Source: Balanoglossus misakiensis
Taxonomy: Eukaryota > Animalia > Hemichordata
NCBI GenBank assembly: GCA_040954595.2
Contig: CM082578.2
Span: forward strand, 2,028,831 to 2,092,830
Reading direction: 5' to 3'
Length of the DNA stretch: 64,000 bases
Below, in pieces: positions 53,564 through 64,000 of this stretch (positions are counted from its first letter, which is position 1; each line of letters opens with the position of its first letter). Below the pieces are notes generated by a model that saw nothing but the letters and a program-made list of their open reading frames with translations, was not told the origin of the DNA and ran no database searches. A program made the position numbers and the translations under genes.

Positions 53564-55500
53564 GCAACGGTACCACCTGCCCCACAACAACAAAGCTGAC
53601 TCGAGGCCACAAACCACGTACAATTTACTCGCACGGTGTCAAACAACGCATAAATTCCATGCGACAGTGAGTTTACTGTTCGACGCTGTAACGCTTCCCA
53701 AAGTCAGAATTTCGATGTTGGGAGGACACTCTCGCCCTACCACGACCAGTTTTTGCTAGAAGGAGTGTACATGTACTTGTAAAACAACATTAAATGCCAT
53801 GCTTACCAGAGAAACGACATCATCAAGCATGGAGGCGACCGGGACCTCCATGCTTGATGAACGTCAAAGCTGCAATGATTTTTCAAATGCAACGGTCAGC
53901 GGTACGAAAACGAGGCACCACCTGTGCGTCAATTATGCAAATTAGTTACTACTCAATCAGAATCCTGCTTCAATATGACATCACACTAATTAGTCAAAGT
54001 ATGCAGTGCAACGTATGTGTGCAGGTGGAGAATGCGCCTCACGTCAATGCAGACACACAAGACACACAAACTGAAATGCAAATTGATGAATTCTGTCACG
54101 GCGTTCTTTTGAAGTGCGAATGAATAAAATATTTCGTTTTCTTCAGTGTTTTTGTACTACAAAAAAATTGCGAAAAAACAAATAGCAAGCGCTTATGCTA
54201 TGAAATACAAATAAATATCAGTTATGGCCATGTGGAAATGGAACGTCAATCCGCATTTGTCAAATATAATAGAAAAGACAAAGGAGCTGAGACGTCCTAA
54301 AATAAAAGGAATGACCTCTCCGTTCTGACCTGTATGAGGAAGCCCTATTGTAATACGCAATATGTCGGATCATGCTACCATCCGCCATTCTGATTGGACG
54401 AGAGCTCAATCCATCGAAAGGAAAGTACTCAATAGAGCACTGCTAAAACTGGCCCCTGAACTAATAGCATGCAACAGGGAAAACGTGACTAAATAAATAA
54501 AAAAATATAGCTGATAAATTTACGGACGGCCGGTTTATTTTTTAACTGCTCTATAGGAACTGTTGTCACTGTCATGCACGATGCATGTCTTGTCACTGCG
54601 CACTCGTGTTAACATTCATCAGAGCGCCTTTCGATAAATTCGTAACGTTTACATTAGACTCGAGTTCATTTTCGTTATGAAAATGACATTGATATACCAC
54701 AAAATCGATTACTGATATAAAATAATAGCAATAACCCTAACCATAGATTAGGCTATAGCATTCCGGTAATTTTTTCAATATCACTCAGGAAGGATTCTAT
54801 AACATTCTGTTTTGTATCGGCATGTATAATTTAATATCCATACTACAAAACAAATATCAGCGGTAACTCAGAATATATTGTTGAAAATTTGCTCACTGTA
54901 GGCCTGACCATGGTAAGATTATGCAATACTGGTAAGTATTTTGGGAGACTAGGTTGCATTGTATTGTCTGGTGTTCAAAAAATCACAAACATCCCGGACG
55001 ACTAAATTCTTTCTTTCAAAACCACTTCTGCAACGACAAGAACTTTCACGAGTACGAGCATTCGGGGCAGGCAAAAACCATGGTATGAAGACGATATGAA
55101 GTCGATGAGTTAATGTTATGTTGAACCCGCTTTTAAATACTAGGTTCGGTATGTTTTTGCGCTTGTCTTTTTCTTTTTGTTTATAAATAGTCGTATATTT
55201 TAAAATAGCTCAAATGAGTCAATGGGACATTTTTCCATCCCACCTCATCCTAACTAAGGTTTTCAGTGGCCGGTCACCTGCACACATTAAATTTACCACG
55301 GACAAATTGAAATACAGCCAATCGAAAAAAGTGCGCCACCACATGGTCATTTGAAGACTTTGACGCGCTCTCCTGGCCGTAAACGCATGTGATCCGGAAT
55401 AAATCGAACCTCGGTCGTGTTTTATTTATTTTCACCACCAGCGAAAATCTACGACGGCCCAACCGCAGATTGATGCTGCTCCGTACAACAACCGGCTTAA

Positions 55501-56298
55501 GGGAGCATTCGTTTTTTACAGGGAGGGGGGGGCCGGTGGAATTTGAGTCGCCGACTAAATGTAAAAGGCAACCCCCCCTGGAAATTACTTTTCTAAAATG
55601 TGACCCCCCCCCCCCCAAAAAAAAAAAAGTTTATCCACCGGATTAACTTATCAAACTTTGTCAGATATTGGTGTATGTTCGACATACCACATATGTGCGC
55701 TTCAACTATTTTCAGTTTGTCTTTTTTCAGCATCTTTTTCTCTGTTGTCAATTTATGTCTGTTCATTTACATGTCTACTGAACATTGTTTTTATATTTTA
55801 AGTATTTGTATTCTGTGTTGGGAGACATTGTAAACCGAGAATTGAAGGGGGTGGGTTTGGGAGGGGGTGTCCCCCTCCCACATAAGAAAATTTTATAAAA
55901 TACAGAGCTCAAAGCTGCATTTTAATGAACCCAGCAAAAGCAAATTAACGTCGCCGCTCAAAGTTATCATGGGGGGGGGGGGGGGCAAGTCCCCTGACCT
56001 GGGACACTAGATAAACCAGTCAATGATTGAAAGGTGTTGATGAATGGAGGGGGTGGGTGTGGGAGGGGGTGTCCCCCTCCCACATTAGAAAATTTTGTAA
56101 AATAAAGGACGCGAAACTGCATTTTTGTGGACTCAAAATAAATATTTAGCCGTCAAAGTTTTCAAGTCCCCCCTTTCAGTCCCTATATAATAATCCCTTG
56201 ATTATAAAATTTGTCCCCCCCTAAAAACTGCTTTGTAAAAGTAAACCCCCCCCTGATTTCCACCGGCCCCCCCCTCCCTGTAAAAAACGAATGCTCCC
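55501..56298. mobile_element. Second PIF/Harbinger-type MITE family
   Basis: TIR gggagcattcgttttttacagggaggggggggccggtggaa / ttccaccggccccccc...tccctgtaaaaaacgaatgctccc; TAA TSD. Confidence 0.9.
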
Positions 56299-56401
56299 TA
56301 AACTGTTCTGTGCATGTGTTTTGTGTTCTGGTGGTGTTTGCGGGTCTGAGACGTCAGTGTATAAGTCCCTTATCGTTTTGTACCAATAACTTTTACCCAC
56401 C

Positions 56402-56559
56402 TAGACTCTCTCGCAGCCCCTCTTGCCGTCCATGCAGGCTTATGGACTGATTGCATGCAGGTTCGCTACACAACACCATATGGGGCTTCTCCTTTTCTAA
56501 ACAGTTGAGGGCGCATCAGTGAAGAGCCGTGTAGCGAACGTGGGCTGTGAGAGAGTCTA
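56402..56559. mobile_element. 158-bp MITE with 9-bp TSD and TAG termini (AcademH-like; Mutator-like not excluded)
   Basis: TIR tagactctctcgcagccc / gggctgtgagagagtcta; TSD ttacccacc at 56393-56401 and 56560-56568. Confidence 0.8.
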
Positions 56560-56777
56560 TTACCCACCATGCTAGAACTTTTTCGTTTTCTTTGACGACG
56601 CTTAACACTTTTAATTTCTTGCTTTGTTGTTGGTAGCTTGTTTGTTCGTTACGTCTGTAACTGGGGTTCTTCACTTGTGGAATATACTGCTTATTTCTTG
56701 TGTATCTGCATTATGTTGATGTTGTCGCTCCTCTGGCAGAGAAGCCAGGGTTCTAGCTGTTGGCTTTAATATTAAAT

Positions 56778-57038
56778 GGACTGTTCAGAATTTACTTCCG
56801 GGGGCGGAGGATTTTGAGGGGGGACCACCAATTTTCTCCAAGAAAAATTAGGGGGGAACAGACATAAAAACCACAATCCTTTAAGGGGGACCATGGAAAA
56901 AAAAACGAGGAAATTTAAGGGGGGACCACAGATTTCCTCCACAATTCACTAGGGGGGGGGGGGGGACCGTGAAAAAAAATCACCAGGAAAATAAAAAATC
57001 CTCCGGCCCCACCCTGGAAGTAAATTCTGAACAGTTCC
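56778..57038. mobile_element. Third Harbinger-like MITE with G-run interior
   Basis: TIR ggactgttcagaatttacttcc / ggaagtaaattctgaacagttcc followed by taa; internal ggggggacca repeats. Confidence 0.75.
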
Positions 57039-57804
57039 TAATGTTTGTTTGCTTGTTTGTTTATTTGTGTGTTTGTTTGTTTGTGTATTCTATGACGCTT
57101 CTGTCACATTTGGCGTTTACTGTTGCATGAACAATGACCAAACCGACTCGACTGTATTTGGACGCACAATGGGTTTAAGAGTTAATCCATCGGTGTTTAC
57201 CAGCCTAAACCATTCGATTTCTATAACTCTGTTGCAACAAGTGAGAACCATAGTCTATGTGAGAACCTAGTAATATATACATGTAAATCAGAAGGCCAGT
57301 AACTGCATGTTTACCAGACTGGCGTGCAGTGACACCTACCACAAAATGGTATCGCCCAAATAATGTTGGGTAGAAGTTATGAGCCCGGTAAAAATAGCGC
57401 GAGCTATACATGGAAAAAAGTTGTTTTCCAAAAATAGAACAAAATGGGAATTCAATTCAGTGAATATGATTGGCACTTACGGAGTTTTAAATCAAAATAG
57501 TGGATTCATACCAATGAATACAAGTCAAGAAGTCACGTAGGGATCATGAAACAGACCTATTGATCATGTCATGATTATGTACAAGTAGCCATACAAAATT
57601 TTGAGTGAACTAGATAGTCCATGGGCCAGGACCCGATTTTTCATGAATTGGTATCAGAAAGATGGACAAAGCCTCATGTGGTTTTTTGGAAAGGCCTATA
57701 TCTCTAGATTATAAATTGGGGTGATAGCCCTGCCTATCGAGTAGCTTTCTGCATTTTTTCCCTCAAAAACTAATGTAAGAACATAAAAATTTCCGACCCA
57801 AATT

Positions 57805-58900
57805 TTGGGGGTAGGGGAACTTTAAATTGCTGTATCTCCAGCAAAACTAAAGCCAGAACAGTCATTTACCACTCAAATTGTGTGTTTTTTAGAACTCTAC
57901 CAATATAATATATTTTGGTGGTAATTCGTTTTGAATTGAGGTCAATAGAGGTCAAAAGGTCATGAAATTTGGGTCATTCTGAAAATTTGTAGTATGACTA
58001 TTTCTTGAACGATAGTTTTGAACTTAAGTCTTTAAATGTCATTTAGAAGATAAAATACTCTCCCAGAATGTATTTCAAACCAATAGAAAATCTTATTATT
58101 CATTTATGACCAGAAAAACACAAATAAGGAGAAACGACAGAAAGACATCCAATTTTCCACTCAGATTTAAGGGTAGGGGAAACTTAAGTTCTTGTTACTC
58201 CGGCAAAAATAAACCCAGAACAGTCATCTACCACTCAAATTGTGTGTTTTTAGAACTCTACCAATATAATATATTTTGGTGGTAATTCGTTTTGAATTAA
58301 GGCCAATAGAGGTCAAAAGGTCATGAAATTTGGGTCATTCTGAACATTTGTAGTATGACTATTTCTTGAACGATTTTTTTGAACTTAAGTCTTTAAATGT
58401 CATTTAGAAGATAAAATACTCTCCCAGAATCTATTTCAAACCAATAAAAAACCCTATTATTCAATTACGATCAGAAAAACACAAATACAGAGATACGGAA
58501 GAATGGCACAAGACTTCAGACCCTGATATTGGGGTAGGGGAAAACTTAAGTAGTTGTAACTCCGGCAAAAATAAAGCCAGAACAGTCATCTACCTATCAA
58601 ATTGTGTGTTTTTTTAGCACTCTAGCGATTGTATATGTATTTGTTGCAATTTTGTTCTGAATTTAGGTCAAAGAGGTCAAAAGATCACAAGATTTGGGTA
58701 ATTTCGAAAAATTATGGTACGAACATTTCCCGCATTAATTGTTTAAACCCAAGTCTTCAAATGTCATTTATGAGATAAAATACTCTATACCATTTTTTTC
58801 CGGACCAATTGAAGACCTTATTATTCAATTAAAATCAGAAAAAAAATTAGTAGAGAAACGGGATAATAACAAACAATTCCCACAGATTTTGGGGTAGGTT
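57805..58900 (+). repeat. Subterminal tandem repeat of the Academ-like element, ~361-bp unit x3 (mirrored at ~61065-62160)
   Basis: gggtagg anchor at ~57808, 58171, 58532, 58892, each full unit followed by ccagaacagtcat...ggtcaaaag...aaatgtcattta. Confidence 0.9.
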
Positions 58901-59216
58901 TGGCCATCTAACAGCTAAGTATACACCCAACTGATCATGCACATATGGTGTTTAGGAGAACGGATGTGCAGATTTGTGAACCTTTGCATGCTGCTCATGT
59001 GCACTGTACTTGTATGATGATTCCTAATAATACTACGAGAAGGGGCCATTATAGCATTGTAGCTCTGATTGTGTATTATTGTTGGATACCATCCTACAGT
59101 GTACAGGCACAGCAGATGACAAGCCAAGCAAAGGTTCAAAAATCTGCTTATTTTTTTTCCTCAACACAATATGAGCATGATCTATTTATATTCAGGTCCA
59201 CTATAATAAATAAAAA

Positions 59217-59797
59217 ATGGAAGCCCATCTTCTATTCCACACAAGAGGGCTCGACGGGATTGTTTTCTCGACTGTCATGAATCCGACCATAAAGCAAGCC
59301 TCGTTACTCTACAAGATCACGCCTCCTGGATAACTTTGCTGAATACAGCTAACATACAAAAATACAAACCAATTCAGGACCTCGCCATTGGTTTGGGCGA
59401 AGGTGAAATTCCTCAGGTGCAGTACCATCGGAAATGCCGAAGTCTCTTTACGATGAAAAAGGCTCTTGAATCTATCCTTTCTAAAGAGCAGTCGTCATCA
59501 ACTGAGGGAACCAATACACTGGAACGTGAAAAGAGGTCGAGCATACAAGGGTCTCGGGTGTACGATCATATTTGCCTATTTTGCTCCACCACCAAGTACA
59601 TGAAGGGAAGTAGGACAAGAGCTCATTTAGTTCGTTGTCAGCAATTGCGTGCGGACAACACATTAAGGGAGGCAGCAACAAGAAAAAACGACAGTAAAAT
59701 TCGTGCACTTCTCAGTCGTGAGTTGGTTGCTGCTGAGGGTCACTATCTTAGAAAGTGTTATAGGGACTATACAAGGCCTGATATTCAAGCAGCGTAA
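59217..59797 (+). pseudogene. Truncated Academ-type transposase N-terminus, left arm
   Basis: YHRKCRSLFT...CLFC...ELVAAEGHYLRKCYRDYTRP; 1-nt shorter just after the ATG than the right arm (frameshift); stop at the central junction. Confidence 0.75.
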
Positions 59798-60748
59798 GCA
59801 GGATTAGAGCAGATGTGGTGATGATACTTTCATGTGATTGTTTTTCTGCTGCAAGAAGTTCTTTTCTTACAGCATTGTACTTCAGGTCAACAGTACCTAT
59901 ATCTAGTGATGACGGATATACAAGCACCCTACCATTTACATCATCCAAAAATATCAATGTCCCTTTGAATTCCGTATTTAGCGTATGCTGCAAGTTTTGT
60001 TGGTGGAATTGTTAACCTGTTTAACACCAAGTTGGAGCATTTTGGTAACTAACTTGTTTGATAGATCAGTCAGGGGAACTACCTCAGGGTTTGTGAACAA
60101 ATCATTTCTGATAAAAGAAAATAACTCTTCTTGAGCAATTTGCAGGACATCCTCATAACTAGTATCTTGATCATGTTGACTTTCATCAACCTCCATATGA
60201 CTTGAACCTGCTCTATGATAGTGACCCTCAGCAGCAACCAACTCACGACTGAGAAGTGCACGAATTTTACTGTCATTTTTTCTTGTTGCTGCCTCCCTTA
60301 ATGTGTTGTCCGCACGCAATTGCTGACAACGAACTAAATGAGCTCTTGTCCTACTTCCCTTCATGTACTTGGTGGTGGAGCAAAATAGGCAAATATGATC
60401 GTACACCCGAGACCCTTGTATGCTCGACCTCTTTTCACGTTCCAGTGTATTGGTTCCCTCAGTTGATGACGACTGCTCTTTAGAAAGGATAGATTCAAGA
60501 GCCTTTTTCATCGTAAAGAGACTTCGGCATTTCCGATGGCACTGCACCTGAGGAATTTCACCTTCGCCCAAACCAATGGCGAGGTCCTGAATTGGTTTGT
60601 ATTTTTGTATGTTAGCTGTATTCAGCAAAGTTATCCAGAAGGCGTGATCTTGTAGAGTGACGAGGCTTGCTTTATGGTCGGATTCATGACAGTCGAGAAA
60701 ACAATCCCGTCGAGCCCTCTTGTGTGGAATAGAAGATGGGTTTGCCAT
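59794..60748 (-). pseudogene. Truncated Academ-type transposase N-terminus, right arm (ORFs 59978..60748 and 59748..59993 joined by a frameshift)
   Basis: MANPSSIPHKRARRDCFLDC...CLFC...ELVAAEGHYHR...LFSFIRNDLF...RVLVYPSSL...TSALIL; no catalytic core present. Confidence 0.78.
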
Positions 60749-62714
60749 TTTTTATTTATTATAGTGGACCTGAATATAAATAGATCATGCTCATATTGTG
60801 TTGAGGAAAAAAAAATAAGCAGATTTTTGAACCTTTGCTTGGCTTGTCATCTGCTGTGCCTGTACACTGTAGGATGGTATCCAACAATAATACACAATCA
60901 GAGCTACAATGCTATAATGGCCCCTTCTCGTAGTATTGTTAGGAATCATCATACAAGTACAGTGCACATGAGCAGCATGCAAAGGTTCACAAATCTGCAC
61001 CTCCGTTCTCCTAAACACCATATGTGCATGATCAGTTGGGTGTATACTTAGCTGTTAGATGGCCAAACCTACCCCAAAATCCGTGGGAATTGTTTGTTAT
61101 TATCCCGTTTCTCTACTAATTTTTTTCTGATTTTAATTGAATAATAAGGTCTTCAATTGGTCTGAAAAAAATCGTGTAGAGTATTTTATCTCATAAATGA
61201 CATTTGAAGACTTGGGTTTAAAAAATTAATGCGGGAAATGTTCGTACCATAATTTTTCGAAATTACCCAAATCTTGTGATCTTTTGACCTCTTTGACCTA
61301 AATTCAAAATAAAATTGCAACAAATACACATTACAATCGGTAGAGTGCTAAAAACACACAATTTGAGAGGTAGATGACTGTTCTGGCTTTATTTTTGCCG
61401 GAGTTACAACTACTTAAGTTTCCCCTACCCCAATATCAGGGTCTGAAGTCTTGTGCCATTCTTCCGTATCTCTGTATTTGTGTTTTTCTGATCGTAATTG
61501 AATAATAGGGTTTTTTATTGGTTTGAAATAGATTCTGGGAGAGTATTTTATCTTCTAAATGACATTTAAAGACTTAAGTTCAAAAAAATCGTTCAAGAAA
61601 TAGTCATACTACAAATGTTCAGAATGACCCAAATTTCATGACCTTTTGACCTCTACTGACCTCAATTCAAAACGAATTACCACCAAAATATATTATATTG
61701 GCAGAGTTCTAAAAAACACACAATTTGAGTGGTAGATGACTGTTCTGGGTTTATTTTTGCCGGAGTTACAAGAACTTAAGTTTCCCCTACCCTTAAATCT
61801 GAGTGGAAAATTGGATGTCTTTCTGTCGTTTCTCCTTATTTGTGTTTTTCTGGTCATAAATGAATAATAAGGTTTTCTATTGGTTTGAAATAGATTCTGG
61901 GAGAGTATTTTATCTTGTAAATGACATTTAAAGACTTAAGTTCAAAAAAATCGTTCAAGAAATAGTCATACTACAAATTTTCAGAATGACCCAAATTTCA
62001 TGACCTTTTGACCTCTACTGACCTCAATTCAAAACGAATTACCACCAAAATATATTATATTGGTAGAGTTCTAAAAAACACACAATTTGAGTGGTAAATG
62101 ACTGTTCTGGCTTTAGTTTTGCTGGAGTTACAGCAATTTAAAGTTCCCCTACCCCCAAAATTTGGGTCGGAAATTTTTATGTTCTTATATTAGTTTTTGA
62201 GGGAAAAAATGCAGAAAGCTACTCGATAGGCAGGGCTATCACCCCAATTCATAATCTAGAGATATAGGCCTTTCCAAAAAACCACATGAGGCTTTGTCCA
62301 TCTTTCTGATACCAAATTCCTGTCTGGCCCATGGACTAAGAGAGAAGTATACTAGTTATCGCTTGAATTTCATGTTTCGTTTTATTCAGATGTAGTCAAC
62401 ATTCATTTCAACAAGTCTATAACATGATTTTGAAATGATTTTCAAAAGTACACAATTCCATATGAAAATGTTACTTTTAGATTTGTAAATTTTTCTGTGT
62501 GTTTGAGTTCAAGTGCATAGGCTGACTCAAACATTCTTTGCATCAACATTTACCGTCCTTTCAAAAATCCTGCCTGTAGTCCAGGTTTTACATTTGCACT
62601 TAATAGCATTATAACACCATCATGTCATCCACATGTTACCCTCATAGCCAGTCACAGTGTGTATATTGTGATTCATGAAGTACATGCTGTTCTACAGATT
62701 TTTTTGTGGAGATG

Positions 62715-62814
<100 letters not shown>

Positions 62815-62846
62815 CAACCGATAGACAAACAGACTGCTTGATAATA

Positions 62847-63826
62847 CAGTGAAACCTGTCTATTAAGGAAACCTCTAGCTCTGGGACTGGAAAATGTGTC
62901 CTTAATAGGGAGGTATCCTTAATAGACAGGTTGTATTCTATTCAAACTGTGACTTTTGTCATGAAAAAAATGTCCTTAAGATGGGTCCCTAGGATCTTTT
63001 TGCTCGTTGCTATGGGCCTTTATAGGACACTACACTCAATTTTGATCGAAACCGTTATGAACGTCTGACAAGGGGCTTGTAACTAGTTAAAAATATACAC
63101 GATTGTGTGCACACCCCCTGTCTGAGATGTTTACGGCAGCTACCGCCCGGCCATAGGCCGCCACGCTAATACGGCAAAGCAGCGGTCAGCGATAGCGTGC
63201 GCGTCCTGTAACCACAGTAACTGGATCGAACGCTAAAAATCCAATGTTTTGTACACAGAGATTTTGTACCGTTCACGAAAATCCCTAAGGCTTTTTTCAC
63301 AGGCGACGTAGGCCAGTCAAATTTGACCTGCTTGTTGAGAACGCACTTCCGCATAGTGTGACGGATCGTTTTTTCGGTTTTCGTCGTGCTAAGAAGCGAT
63401 ACCAGTGGAAGAGTGCGTCCAAAAACACCCAAAATCGATGACTTTTTCAGGTGTGGTACGGGTATGCTGAAATCGTAGGATACAACGATAATATTCGAAA
63501 ACAAAATCCGTCACGATCTTCCCTGGTTCAAGCAACTAATGAATACGTATCAAGTTCGTTTTTGAGGTCACGGAATAAAAAGCCTTAGGCTTTTGAAATT
63601 CGACCTAACTAATTTGCATATCAATGGCGTCAGGGGGCGCGCGCTCACAATCGTGCGTATTTTTAACTAGTTACCAGCCCCTTGTTAGACTCTAAAAACG
63701 GCTTAGTCCAAATCGGGGTGTAATGTCCTATAAAGGCCCATAGCAACGGGCAAAAAGATCCTAGTGACCCATCTTAATAGAGAGGTGTCCTGATTAGAGA
63801 GGTGTCTGTAATGACAGGTTTCACTG
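62847..63826. mobile_element. Tc1/mariner (pogo/Tigger-type) MITE, interrupted by a nested element
   Basis: ta/cagtgaaacctgtc ... gacaggtttcactg/ta; internal gtccttaatag repeats. Confidence 0.88.
62980..63773. mobile_element. Non-autonomous TTAA-target element with purine-purine terminus (Kolobok-like), nested in the pogo-type MITE
   Basis: ttaa/gatgggtccctaggatctttttgctcgttgctatgggcctttataggacac ... tgtcctataaaggcccatagcaacgggcaaaaagatcctagtgacccatc/ttaa; inner inverted motif acaaggggct..taactagttaaaaatatac. Confidence 0.85.
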
Positions 63827-64000
63827 TATGCTCTGACTGATCGCAAAAGCTGAAACTTTTATGTGTTTGTAGATACAACACAAAGGAACTAAAAATAAGG
63901 CATTCACATAGGGACCATTGAAAGGTTTCTGAAACATCTCAACTCAAATATTGACATAAAATATGTGAACAGTTTAAGTCTTCCTGGAACGTTTCAGCTT

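Larger units (their letters stand above)
57615..62338. mobile_element. Palindromic Academ-like DNA transposon derivative (two inward-facing 5' halves)
   Basis: Termini tagtccatgggccag / ctggcccatggacta; 3-bp TSD AGA (57612-57614, 62339-62341); arms 57615-59752 and 60212-62338 are near-perfect reverse complements. Confidence 0.9.

Noticed and set aside
58915-59280. ORFs 58915/58945 and mirrored 60674/60791 as extra genes of the element
   Set aside because: They lie upstream of the transposase ATG and a ttcag acceptor (~59195), so are probably promoter or UTR intron; they recur only because of the palindrome.
57615-62338. Palindrome as a sequencing or amplification fold-back artefact
   Set aside because: Arms differ by scattered substitutions and indels, symmetry ends exactly at the transposon termini with a TSD, and the flanks are unique; read-level confirmation is still advisable.
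63166-63504. 112-aa ORF as a transposase remnant
   Set aside because: No DDE, THAP or zinc-finger motif; it lies in the interior of a non-autonomous element.

Overview
AT-rich, intron-containing eukaryotic DNA, most likely from an invertebrate animal; no prokaryotic features were seen. The window opens with the last four coding exons of a single-pass receptor (cbEGF-EGF-TM-cytoplasmic tail with NPxY; 65-1600). The rest is a repeat landscape. It contains: a ~6 kb tandem segmental duplication (2098-8208 / 11863-18129) whose copies differ by datable TE insertions and flank a degenerate CR1/L2-group LINE (8297-11567, 6-bp TSD); a ~16.8 kb satellite of 82/86-bp monomers with nested higher-order repeats (18130-34905); a cluster of HINE/DINE-1-like units (38.3-49.5 kb); and a second ~3.8 kb duplication (44190-47967 / 49186-52953) carrying small minus-strand exon-like units and the same Harbinger-type MITE at different sites in opposite orientation. 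Several other MITEs (Harbinger-, Tc1/pogo-, Kolobok- and AcademH-like) are present. The most striking object is a 4.7-kb palindromic Academ-like transposon derivative (57615-62338, 3-bp TSD AGA) built from two inward-facing transposase 5' halves, structurally analogous to maize Mu killer and a candidate hairpin-RNA silencing locus. All family assignments are by motif recognition, not database search, and coordinates were counted by hand.
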